This document shows, in pieces, positions 51,473 to 63,470 of a DNA stretch of 64,000 nt. Position 1 is the first letter of the stretch. Every line of letters starts with the position of its first letter. The notes under the pieces were generated by a model that saw only the letters and a list, made by a program, of their open reading frames with translations, was not told the DNA's origin and did no database searches. Source of the stretch: Macrostomum lignano (lineage: Eukaryota). Where the stretch lies: NCBI GenBank assembly GCA_002269645.1, contig NIVC01001668.1, forward strand, positions 124,001 to 188,000, read 5' to 3'. The translations under genes were made by a program, and so were the position numbers.

Positions 51473-51723
51473 CATACATGCGCAACCCCCCTGATTTACA
51501 CTGGCCATGCGACTTACTTTTTGACCGAAAATGCGACTTACCTGTGAAAGAAACCCTAGAGCAACATTAACGCAATTTTGGGTAAACGGCAGGAGTAACT
51601 TTGACTGTCTTATAAGGGCTAAATGCCTCGTCATCTAATTAGTATTACATCTATATTCCAGGGGTGGACCCTGGTCCACCACAATTTACGGTGGCCAGAT
51701 CGGCCAGCAGTTGCGCATGTATG
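51473..51723. mobile_element. 251-bp hAT-type MITE nested in Gypsy pol
   Basis: Perfect 14-bp TIRs CATACATGCGCAAC / GTTGCGCATGTATG; 8-bp TSD TGCTCGCG / TTCTCGCG (7/8). Removing the element and one TSD copy restores RLLA-YDFQV. Confidence 0.93.
51580..51643 (+). other. Short 28S rRNA-like fragment (not a gene) inside the MITE
   Basis: 55/64 ungapped identity, by eye, to the conserved eukaryotic LSU segment GGGTAAACGGCGGGAGTAACTATGACTCTCTTAAGGTAGCCAAATGCCTCGTCATCTAATTAGT (reference recalled from knowledge). Confidence 0.85.
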
Positions 51724-53636
51724 TTCTCGCGTATGACTTCCAGGTCTGCCACGTTCCGGGGAAAAAGAACACCGTTCCAAACTTTTTGTTGCGACATGGC
51801 GCCCGCAACGACAGCATCGAGGAGGACCCGGCGGAGATCCAAGTGAACGCCGTCCTGCTGTCTGGCGCGCTGCAGATCGTGAGCCCAAGCGAACTGGCTG
51901 AGGCATCTCTACAGGACCCGGTGATCAGCCAGGCGATCGAGATGACGCTGGAGGGCTGGCCGAGTTCCATCAAGCAGTTGAGGCCGGAGCTGCAGCCGTT
52001 CTGGCGGATCAAGGAGCAGCTCACAGTCTGGAACGAAGGCAAGTGCCTGGCGAATGGGTTGCGCGCGGTGATCCCCGCGTCGTTGAGAGAGAAGACGCTG
52101 CAGCTGGCGCACTTTGGGCACCTCGGAGTGAGCAGAATGAAGCAGCACTGCCGGGACTCGGTCTGGTGGCCGCAGATCGACAGCCAAATCGAGGAGTTCG
52201 TGCGGCACTGCGAGGCCTGCCTGCTCAGTGAGAAAAACTTCAAGCCATCCAAGACGGTGCTGACTCCGACGAAGTGGCCGACTCGACCTTGGGAGGAACT
52301 TCAGCTCGACATCTTCGGGGAGCTGCATTCTGCGCCGAACTCATGTTGCTTCATTCTGGTGCTGTACGACCTGCATTCGAAGTGGCCAGAAGCAGCCTGC
52401 ATGTCCACAGTGACCACAGCTAACGTGATCGATGCCCTGACAACTTGGTTCAGCCGCTGGGGACTCCCAAAGAGCATCAACACGGACGGCGGGCCGCAGT
52501 TCATGTCCGGTGACTTCAAAGACTTCCTCCAGCGCTGCGGCATCCAGCACCGCCAGTCGCCGCACTACCACCCGGCACCCGCAAGGCAATGCTGCAGTCG
52601 AGTGCTTCAACTGGTTTCTGAAAGACGGCCTGAAGACGCACCTGCAGGACGGCTACGGCTTCAAGGACGCCGTGAGGGCGCTGCTGTGGTCATACCGGGC
52701 CACCCCACACGCACTGACGGGGGTGTCACCGGCGGAGCTGATGACGAGCCGGAAAATCAGCACTCCGCTGACTGCACTGCAGCCAAGGACGCCATCGCCG
52801 CACAACCTGGCAGGCAGCATCAGGCAGAAGCAGCAGCAAGTCTTCAGCAAGCTCAACTCGGCCAGGAGGCCACTGCCGGCGTTCAAGGTCGGTGACTGGG
52901 TGCGCGTGAGGCGGCCGTTCGCACGTGGCAAGCTGAGCAGCCGGCTATCCGAGCCGCTGGAGATCTCGAGAATCGCGAGCGCCACCACAGTGATCCTCAG
53001 TGACGGCTCTCGGTGGCACATCGACAACTGCGTGCGGGTGGAGCGGCCGGCGGGAGCGCTGCCGCAGTGGCCCGCGCCAGCCGCCACAACTGCTCCGACA
53101 CCCGCGGCGGCGGAGGCGGCCAAAGAGCTGCCGCCGCATCAAGGAGCACTGACGGCAATTCGAGCGAGTGCAAGGAGTCGGGCTCCACCGCAGTGGTACG
53201 GGGATGTGGTGACTCATTGATTGCAATTGCTGAGAAGGACTTTTGAGTTGCAAGCCTTTGGTTTTCGAGTTTTCTATTTGAGGGTTTTACAATTAGAAAT
53301 TAATGTCGAACTCTTTCAAATATTTTATTCCAATATCAAAAAAATATTTAATTCCTAATATTCATGTCTGTTTTATTGCTCTTGAATATGTAATCGATTT
53401 TCGAATATTTCATCGACAAGGCAACTCGTTCGCAAGGGAGAGTGAATGTTGTGTAGTTGGTTTGCAGATATGTACATCTGCTATGTACATCTGTTTTCCG
53501 ATATTGATCTGTTGCAGCTAAATGAATATATATGTATAAATATACCAGTTGGTAGGCCAACTTGGGCTAAGTTCGTGTGTACCCCTAAACTCAGTCTGAC
53601 TTTCTCAACACAACACATTGTTTAAGTATAATCATT

Positions 53637-54995
53637 GGCAATCCTTCCATATCCCCCCTGTAAATTCAGGAAAGTAGTTTTTTTCAAAATAAAAAGATAA
53701 TAGAAGTAAGGTGGCACTATTATCTTTTATTCCTAGCATAGCATTGTCACTTTATGTGTACATTTGTTTAAATATTATGAATTTAAATTGATTATACTGT
53801 ACTTTACTATATTGGACTGTACTTTTTGTTTTGCTTTCAATTTTTTTAGTCATAATGCATTGTACTTTTAACTTTACTATGGCTGGGCAGCCATAACTTT
53901 ACTATGGCTGGGCAGCCAAGAGCACTGGTGACAATAGTTCCACTAAATACTATTCTAATGGATAATGAGCTTCAGGATTAGGATTTTTGTCTACAAGATA
54001 TCTATCAGGAAATGGACACTCTGGATAGAACAATATGGTGGCTAGCAACCATGGGGTTACTAAAGAACTCTATATAATGCTACAATGTTGCCATGGGACT
54101 AGTCAACTGAGCAACTAAGAATGTGCTAGACAAGAAGGCATGGTATTGTAAGGTCTGCAAGAACTACAAGTCCCAGCAAATGGTAGTCATGGTAGTCATC
54201 ATGGTAGTCATTTGACACTTAAGAAGATTGCACTACTCATTTACTGGTGGACATTGGATATTACATATGACATTGTGATGCATGAAGTTGGCATTGGCTT
54301 ATCTAAGACAATTGTTGACTGGTTTAATTACATCCGTGACATTTGCTGCCAATGGGCAATTGACTACCCACAAATGCTTAGAGGCCATGGAAGGACAGTT
54401 GAAATAGACAAATCAAAATTCATGTATCGCAAGTATCATGTTGGCCACTAATGAGGCCATTGGGTACTAGGAATGATTGAACATGAGTCCAAGAACTTTG
54501 TGATAGTTCCCTTTGAGTCTTGAGGTGCTGCTGAGCTCTTGCCAATCATTCAGCAGCATGTCCTTCCCAGAACATGGATTTTGACTGACCAGTACGCAGT
54601 AGGCAGCATACAATCAGTTGCCCAACCATGCCACTGTTAGGCCTAACCACACATTGCAGTTTGTGAACCCTGCCGATTGACACACCAATGCACACCAACA
54701 GCATTAAGGGTACCTAGGAAAATGTCAAAGCAAAGCTGCATCAGATGCATAGAACATCTGACAACTTGTTTGACACATATCTTCAGGAGTTCATTTGGAA
54801 ACGTCATTTTGGTACCAACATGTTTGGAAGTACCTAATCTACTAGATCCGGCAATACTATCTTTGCTAATGAACTGCCTACCTAATCTATTATCTATGTT
54901 AATATAAGATAAAAGTGCCACTTACTTCTATTATCATTTTCTTTAAAAAAACTACTTTCCTAAATTTGCGAGGGGGAGGGTATGGAAGGATTGCC
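53637..54995 (+). mobile_element. Degenerate Merlin (IS1016/IS1595-like) DNA transposon
   Basis: About 100-bp imperfect TIRs starting GGCAATCCTTCCATA; perfect 8-bp TSD TAATCATT; transposase remnants VDWFNYIRDIC, GHGRTVEIDKSKF..RKY and WVLGMIE with stops and frameshifts. Confidence 0.92.
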
Positions 54996-56827
54996 TAATC
55001 ATTAGTTGTTTTTTTTCAAAATGTAAATATATAGACTTATATGTACAATAAAGTTCTCAAATTGCAAAAATGCAATATCAGTTAGTAATAACAATTAGAA
55101 TTAGCTAGATTAGTTATATAACAGTTAAGTTCAATTCAAACATATATGTATTTATTATTTACTAAGTTTTAATTCTTGCAATTTTACTTCAATTTCACTT
55201 AAAGAGTAGACTAGGCCTAGCCTAATTATTTATTTATTGGATAACTAATTAGATTATGAAGCATTTTAGTTACTTAAAAGTATCATAGTTTCTTCCACCA
55301 TTTACCTTAAATTACTTTTTGCTTACATTTGGAAACACATTTGGATAGTAGACTTAGCCTATTATAATATTTGGTTTTGGATTTAGATTTTTTATACATT
55401 TGGATTTGGTTTTAGAAACTTACATAGAATGCAGTTGGTATGCAAACAAAAATTTCCCTATTGTGCATTCCAGACTGCACTCAACATGATCTACAGTAGA
55501 CAATATACTCACTTTTATTTTTAGGCCTAGTAGGCCTAATATTAACAAGTTAAACTTTAATAACAATCATCTAGAGTCTAGACATAATGTTTACTTAGGC
55601 CTACAGAATAAGCCTAAAAGCTTGTATTGTATGCCTGCTCAGGGGAATCGGCGGAATGGGCAGTAATGCCTCTCGCCAGTTGTGTGTCTATGTCGCTCAA
55701 AGTGCGCCGGGGTGCACACAACCCCCTGCCTCTAAAAAAAGCCTAAAAGATTCTCAAAAGAAGTTTATATCCAGCTTTCCTGACAAATACAAATAGCTTT
55801 GTACAAATTCATTAATAAATAGGCCTATTCTCAACTAGTCTTAGTCCTAGGGGATTGAAAAATGCCTTATTTGTTATTTAGTAATAATATATCTATATAT
55901 TCGTATCCTTTTGTATTTTACAAGATATTCTGTTGAATAATTGGTCTTTAAATTGATGTCTATTCTTATATTCTATAAAAATCTAGAGCTGGGTCCGAAT
56001 ACGATATCAATATTAACTTATTTTAATTGTAAGTTTATACGCTAGAACTAGAAGTCTAGGGTCCGCGCCCGCAGTTAGTACGTGCGCTGCCGGTGGTTCT
56101 CCATCATTTAAATTTGCCGCCGGAAATTACAGGAATGTTTAGGTCTATTCAAACAAAGTTGACGAAAACTGTGGCTGCTGAATTTCTCAGCCTCAATGGC
56201 GGGGTAGTTTTGATCGTACCTGGGCAGTCGAAAGAGAAGAAACTTCTCTGAATAACTTGCAGATCGGTTGTACAAAAGCTGACCGGGGTGATTCAAGTTC
56301 AGAGTCTTCAAATGCATCGAAATTTAAACTCGATTTAAAATTTTTTCGCTAATATATTTTTCACCGTACTCGTAGATACCATATACTTTATATATTAAAC
56401 CCGAATTATGTGTACATGTATAGCCTTATACATTGAATAAGGAATTTGAATTTGCATGAATTAATAGCTCACCGATGTGCCCTTGCATGCATATTTTGAT
56501 CGGGTAAATCTCTTTAATAAGACCTACAAACCTTGGGGGGCGGCAATGCAGACAAAATCTGCCGCAGGAAAAAAGCTAATTAAGTTTGGCGGGTAAATCT
56601 CCAGCGGGCAAATCTTGACGGGCAGTTCGCCTACGGGCAATTCTCATGGACCCTTTTGGTTGATGCGTGTACATTTGTACATTTGGGACAAATACTTAAT
56701 TAAACAAAGACAATGTAGTTTCAACTTAGTTTCAATTCTGACTTGAGTTAAGTCGGTCACGGAATTATTTTTTCCGGTTCAGCCTTTTCTAAACAATTTT
56801 CAAAAATTAGGTATGAATCCACCGTTT

Positions 56828-58790
56828 CTAACTAAGGTGCTCGCGCTGGATTTGCTTCACTTGGGCAATTGTGGACCCGGGTTTGTCCGGAATAACCCGG
56901 TAGGGCGGATTCTGAGTTCTATGGATGACCAGCGTCCAGTCCGTAATCAGTCCGTGTTGCGTGTAATTTGCTGAACTGGCACTCATTTCTGCACGCAAGG
57001 TCCACTGGCCTGCCGCGGACTCGCCCCACATGTGTGTAGTCATAAATGGCCAGTCGGTAAATCCCTTCTTTGAGTCACTATCCATAGGTCGCCTCCCCAA
57101 CAGCATTGATGTTGTATTGCTTGGTGACGTCAAGAACAAGAGGACGTCACCTCGACGACTTGCTCGCAGCGTGACAAAAGCCTGGACGTGCTCGATGAAT
57201 CTTACTCTCGACTTTGAATCGAAATCGCAACCGTTTGAGTCGATAGTCAGTTCCACCTCTTGGCGAACGTCAAAGTAGACTGGTTGAGCCACCCGGCCCG
57301 CGGTGCATTCAAGCCGTTCTGGCAATGGGCGCCAAATTTGGGCCACCTCGACCATTGCACTGGCGTCCAGCACCCCGAAGCCATATAAATGGTGCAACTG
57401 CAGCCCAGCTGCGTTGCGCTCCCACTTGTGTCCACGGCTTTCATCCTGCAGGCCTCTCTTTCGAGAGGTGAGCACCACCAGGTGTTGCATGTCTCGCCAC
57501 GTCAGCTGAGGGTTCGCCTCCAACGCCAGGGCGAACACTCCCGCTGCCTCAGGAGCAGCCGCACTGGTCCCAGAATGGTAGAGGGTGCAAAAACCGTACA
57601 GGTCTACGGTAGCTACGCCAGCATCAAGGCCCCCCCTTCGACCGTTAGAAAACGTCGATGCCAGAGTCGACGAGCAAGACTCGCCATAGGTTGCGGGACT
57701 GCCATCATTAGTAACTGAGTTGATGCTGATTGTCCACATGCTCCCCGTGTAGCCATCGCAATTGCAATCGTCCTTTGGGCCGCCATCGCCGCTGGCCCAC
57801 ACAAATATGCTTCCAAGGCCGCCGCGTCCGAGAGTGATTCCGTCCCTCAGGACGCGGGATGTCTCTTTGAGAGGCCTATCAAGGGTCTTTCCATCATCGG
57901 TGGGGCCCCAGCTGACCGAGTAAATGTCGATAATGTCCCTTCGGTGAGACAAGGCAGCCGCTTCTAGCAGGTCGGTCATGTAGAGCTGGTCCAAAATGCG
58001 CAGGCTGGCAACTCGGCTTCCGGGAGCCACGCCGACACCACAGATGCGATTGTTACGTTTAGCCGACACCTCACCGGCGCAACGAGTGCCGTGGCTGTTG
58101 AACCGATAGTCTGCATACCTCGGAAAAGGATAAGGATCGTTGCTATTGAAATCGAAGCTGGCTTCAGCGTTGTAGCTTTCGGCCAGGTCAGGGTGCAAGT
58201 AGTCAATCCCGTCGTCCACGATAGCGACGGTAACGTTGCGGCCGATGTAGCCCGCCTCCCAGACTGGCAGGACGTTCAAGTCGAGGCCAGGTGTACCCCA
58301 GGATTGTCCAGTATTCTTGAGAAACCACGCTTTTTCGAATAGTGGATCATTCGGCTCCGGGAGCTGCTGCTCTGCTCTGTTGGTAGACCCGTCTATTGTT
58401 GCTGTTGTATTATTCCTCCCATTGGGATTCGAAACAGCTTTAGAACTGCTTGACCGAAAGCCGCGCTTGTTCCGACGGAATCCCTGCTGCTGAGTGGCGC
58501 GCTTCACGTCGGGATGCTGAGCGATGGCGTTGATTATGTCATCTCTGGCATTGCTGTCCGCTTCCGGTATGTCATCGTGTACAGCATGGAACTCAGATCT
58601 TCTCCCAGGTGCCGGCGCACCAGCCGCAGACCGTTAATGTCGGCAGTCACTCGCCTTGCGGCCGCCTCGCCATCGGGGTCGGCGGCGCTTGCCTTCACAA
58701 CCAAGTGGATGTCTTTGGTGTATAGACGGCACTGTCTGCTCGAACTGCAGTTGTGCCAACAACCAGAAGGCACAAGCAGAGGCGTAGCAT
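56828..58790 (-). pseudogene. PCSK2: Intronless prohormone convertase 2 (subtilisin S8B) copy with two frameshifts in the prodomain (pseudogene or assembly errors)
   Basis: Catalytic motifs VDDG, HGTRC and GTSAAAP; PC2-diagnostic oxyanion Asp in WASGDGG; P-domain RRGD; activation site RRNKR. The signal peptide (ATG 58790), prodomain and mature part lie in three different frames. Confidence 0.85.
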
Positions 58791-60682
58791 TCGTGTCTGG
58801 ACTATTGTACTACTGGATTCTACCAGATAGGGATTAGCGTTTTGTAGCACCTGATTTAGAATTTTTACTATAGATCTTTGACAATCAATTTCATACAGCC
58901 AAAGCAAGTTGTGTTCACGCTGTTGCTTTCATAATTTACTAGTTTCTTGCCATATATGCAAAAATTAAATTTTCCAAAATTCGATTTCATTCACATTCCA
59001 GAGGAACAATTTTGAGTGAAAGCAGAAATTCATGTTCGCATTCGAAGCAAAATTTGTTTGCGTTTTTCTCTTTCTCGTAAAATAATCCCAACGGTTCACG
59101 TCTTTCCGCCTCGAACGATAATTTAGCCGATTTTTCGGCAGCTAACAGTCAAAAAATTATGAAATCGCTTTTTTCATAGTTTGCTACACCCTAAGCGAAG
59201 AATGCTTGCAAGCAGGCCATGTCCATATCAGACCCCCCTTCAGAATGACAGCTGCAACCCAGACAGCTTCGATGCAGAGAAAAAAAACGAAACAAAGATG
59301 AACGGATAAAAATTGTAAATTACTTTTGGGGTCTGGCTGTCTGGCTGTCTGCAGGCTGTGGCCTGGTGCTACAGAGGGTAGCAATCTGTAGAGCAAGTGG
59401 GGGGGGGGCGCATGCAGTCGCGCCCTAAACAATCTGCTCTTCAATTTCTCTTATGCCCATAGTCTCAGACTCGGTGCTCAAGCGACTAAAAAAATCCATT
59501 GAGCAGGCCTTGCTGCTGCAAAAACCGAGGAGTCTCAGGCCCCCCCCCCTACCGCGGGGTTCACCTGGAGCCCATTGTCTGTGTGCTCAGCGGGGGGCGG
59601 GTGTCTGCCTGCAAGTGCTGCCAAGTAATTTGATTGGGGTGGAGTGCGTCGCTTCTGTGCTGCTGTCGCTTCTGCCAGGGGGGGGGGGGGCTTCTTCTAT
59701 TGACAATTGGGCCTCGCATTATTTGACACAGAGCCACACTGCAGAAGGACTGGGGGTTCCAGACGAAACTGAACTGAGAAAATAGGCTTGAGCATGGAGT
59801 TTTAGAACTTACACTCGGAGTCGCAGGAATAAGAAAATGTAAATAATTTTTTGTTTTAATAATTTTTTGTCTAGAATAGGATTCTGAGGCTCGAACACCG
59901 ACACTTTAAAATCAGCTTTAGCCTTTAAGACAGGGGTCGGCAAACCCCTCGTCCTCGGGTCCTTTGAAACTTCACCATTGCAATCCGGCCGGCTCAAGGC
60001 TTGCGTCTCATCCCAGCTTTCTTCTCTCTAATCTCCTCTCTTTTCTCTTTTCTCTCCTCTTGTCTCCCTTTTAGTTAGCGATAAGTTGAGTGTATACTGA
60101 AAAACCTCAGCCTCTCAATAAGCCACTCCGAGCTTTGGTTTCAGATCTCCATGGCTCGAGTTGTGCATGAGTCATTGCAGCAAACAAAAGTGGTTGCTCG
60201 GACAACTGCATGGTCTCTCTCTCTCTCTCTCCACAGTTCACACACCTCTCTTCTGAGCCTCTGTGTCGCATCTCTTAACTAGCCCCCCCCCACCCTCCAC
60301 TTGGCAACCAGTTCGGCCATAAAACCTTGGACAATTCTTCTCTTTCTTACTGTCTTCTCTCCAACTGCTTGGCCTTGGCTTAGCAGAGTCGTTCTGAGAG
60401 CAGTTCTAAACTACTGGGAAGTTTCGAAAGTCCAGAGCGGAGTGACAATCTGGTGTATGGCGACCTCAGCTTGATAAGCTAACAAACTAGCCATGACTAG
60501 ATTGCTACTTCTCACTGGCTATCGATCGGTCATCGCTGTCGGATAGTTGTCATGTGCACGTGTGATTTACAATAGCGTTCGAGTCTGAACCTCCAGTACT
60601 GACTCGTGTTCTTAACGTGTTTATTTGACTCTTGGTTCGTTGAAGTTTTAGTGCCTGTGCGAAATAGGTTGAGGAGAGCGGC

Positions 60683-62142
60683 ACTTACAGGTGTTTCATG
60701 TGCATTGAGGACACGGGAGCTTACAGGTGTTTCATTGAGGACACGGGAGCTTACAGGTGTTTCATGTGCATTGAGGACACGGGAACTTACAGGTGTTTCA
60801 TTGAGGACACGGGAACTTACAGGTGTTTCATGTGCATTGAGGACACAGGAACTTACAGGTGTTTCATGTGCATTGAGGACACAGGAACTTACAGGTGTTT
60901 CATGTGCATTGAGGACACAGGAACTTACAGGTGTTTCATGTGCATTGAGGACACAGGAACTTACAGGTGTTTCATTGAGGACACGGGAACTTACAGGTGT
61001 TTCATTGAGGACACGGGAACTTACAGGTGTTTCATTGAGGACACGGGAACTTACAGGTGTTTCATTGAGGACACGGGAACTTACAGGTGTTTCATGTGCA
61101 TTGAGGACACAGGAACTTACAGGTGTTTCATTGAGGACACGGGAGCTTACAGGTGTTTCATTGAGGACACGGGAGCTTACAGGTGTTTCATTGAGGACAC
61201 GGGAACTTACAGGTGTTTCATTGAGGACACAAGAACTTACAGGTGTTTCATGTGCATTGAGGACACAGGAACTTACAGGTGTTTCATTGAGGACACGGGA
61301 ACTTACAGGTGTTTCATTGAGGACACGGGAGCTTACAGGTGTTTCATTGAGGACACGGGAGCTTACAGGTGTTTCATGTGCATTGAGGACACAGGAACTT
61401 ACAGGTGTTTCATTGAGGACACGGGAACTTACAGGTGTTTCATTGAGGACACGGGAACTTACAGGTGTTTCATTGAGGACACGGGAACTTACAGGTGTTT
61501 CATGTGCATTGAGGACACAGGAACTTACAGGTGTTTCATGTGCATTGAGGACACAGGAACTTACAGGTGTTTCATGTGCATTGAGGACACAGGAACTTAC
61601 AGGTGTTTCATTGAGGACACGGGAACTTACAGGTGTTTCATTGAGGACACGGGAACTTACAGGTGTTTCATGTGCATTGAGGACACAGGAACTTACAGGT
61701 GTTTCATGTGCATTGAGGACACAGGAACTTACAGGTGTTTCATGTGCATTGAGGACACAGGAACTTACAGGTGTTTCATGTGCATTGAGGACACAGGAAC
61801 TTACAGGTGTTTCATGTGCATTGAGGACACAGGAACTTACAGGTGTTTCATGTGCATTGAGGACACAGGAACTTACAGGTGTTTCATGTGCATTGAGGAC
61901 ACAGGAACTTACAGGTGTTTCATGTGCATTGAGGACACAGGAACTTACAGGTGTTTCATTGAGGACACGGGAACTTACAGGTGTTTCATTGAGGACACGG
62001 GAACTTACAGGTGTTTCATGTGCATTGAGGACACAGGAACTTACAGGTGTTTCATTGAGGACACGGGAGCTTACAGGTGTTTCATTGAGGACACGGGAAC
62101 TTACAGGTGTTTCATGTGCATTGAGGACACGGGAAATTACAC
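60683..62142. repeat. 30/36-bp two-variant minisatellite
   Basis: TTACAGGTGTTTCA[TGTGCA]TTGAGGACAC(G/A)GGAAC. Confidence 0.97.
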
Positions 62143-62897
62143 TTAGATGCTTTGAGTATTAAGGGCAGGAGCACTTGCCAGGTGTGCAGAATGAGGAAAG
62201 AACTATTTTTTAACTTTCCGCACAAAGTATACTGTACAATGAAAATTAATAAATCAGCTATAAAGTTTACATGTAATAAATATGATTGATAAAGAATGAG
62301 CTCTGAGAACTACTTAATCTAATGGTTAATGTACGAGAACTCTTACATGTACAAATAAATGACGGAGAGACCTATACTGGTCACTTTCATGGACATATAA
62401 ATGGAGCAGTTTAGAACAGTCATGTCAGTATATATTTAATCCAAGACATATATAGTGGTATGCAACACTCAGGTTCAATGCATCAAAAGCATCAGAAAAG
62501 CAAAATAATATTTGAAGCAGTTATACTACTGGCCCGAGCTCCTCCTTGTCATGCATTGTTGATAATATTACAACAAAGGTCACACTACAAAGGGATTAAA
62601 CTCTTTGCTCAGAGATTCCCTTGAATTACAAATTTGCTCAGTTGCACAAAAAATTTCGTTTTAGCGCTTCCTTTTTCCTACTGTAAGTAGAAACATGCGA
62701 TTTTTTCAACTAAGAATGTGCCATTTCTACAAAGCCTGGGGCGCTTGTTGCAATCGAATTTTTTCCCCTAATAAACTTTGGTTCGAAGAGTAGAACAGAT
62801 GTGTCATGCTTACATAAGAAGCCGGTCAAGACAAAAAGCACAACTGGTTTTAACAAAGGTCAAAGGTCACGATTTGGTGGGGAGTCGTCGGGAGGAC

Positions 62898-63432
62898 TTA
62901 TACAAAGTTCACGGATACCAAATTAGTCTTGTCGCCCGCCTGCTGCCCGCGCTGCTGCCGTCTCAGCAGGCGCTTCCTCTGGTGCCTCGGCGCCCAGCGC
63001 CCGATGCAGGAGGCCAAGTCGTCGTCTGTGGTGGCGCCGGCGCGCTCCTCCGCCAGCTGCTGCGCCCGCTCCCTCAGCAGGCGAGCTCTGACCGGCCGTC
63101 TGGTCACGTAGCGGCTGCCGTCAGCTCGGCGCTTCACCACCCACTCCATTGCCGATGCTTCACCACCTGCGGCAGCTGCCGGCTCTTCTGGCAGTGCCGC
63201 TGCCGCTGCTGCCGAATGCTCTTGAAGCTGATGCTGCTGCTCCGGTTGTTGCTGCGGCTCTTCTTCGATTGTCTGGCAGCGGTGCGGCTGCGGCTGCGGC
63301 TGTTGGAGCAACTTCGGCGGCGGCGGCGCCTGCTGCAGGCTGAGCAGATTTGTCTGCGGGTTCAGAGTCAGCTGGGTACCGCCGCGGATGCGGGTGCCCA
63401 TCCTTGGCACGTTTGGTCTCTGCTGCTGCAGT

Positions 63433-63470
<38 letters not shown>

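Larger units (their letters stand above)
50219..53220 (+). pseudogene. Gypsy RT-RNaseH-integrase, interrupted by a MITE and a frameshift
   Basis: YIDD RT motif; RNase H ACDS...LGAVL; integrase HHCC (HFGH...CEAC), LDIFG, TDGGPQF and PQGNAAVE. Broken at 51473-51731 and at about 52575. Confidence 0.92.
48631..53615 (+). mobile_element. Full-length, inactivated Ty3/Gypsy LTR retrotransposon
   Basis: LTRs 48631-48799 and 53447-53615 (TG...CA, 169 bp, 5 mismatches); TSD CATTG on both sides; TGG-starting PBS at about 48801; purine tract before the 3' LTR; domain order gag(CCHC)-PR-RT-RH-IN. Confidence 0.97.

Noticed and set aside
48984-53253. Numerous antisense and alternative-frame ORFs over the Gypsy element
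   Set aside because: Shadow ORFs of GC-rich coding sequence; no env-like or other recognisable extra gene.
56108-56317. 69-aa minus-strand ORF as a possible first exon of the taperin-like gene
   Set aside because: Ends in a stop with no strong donor; no supporting evidence.
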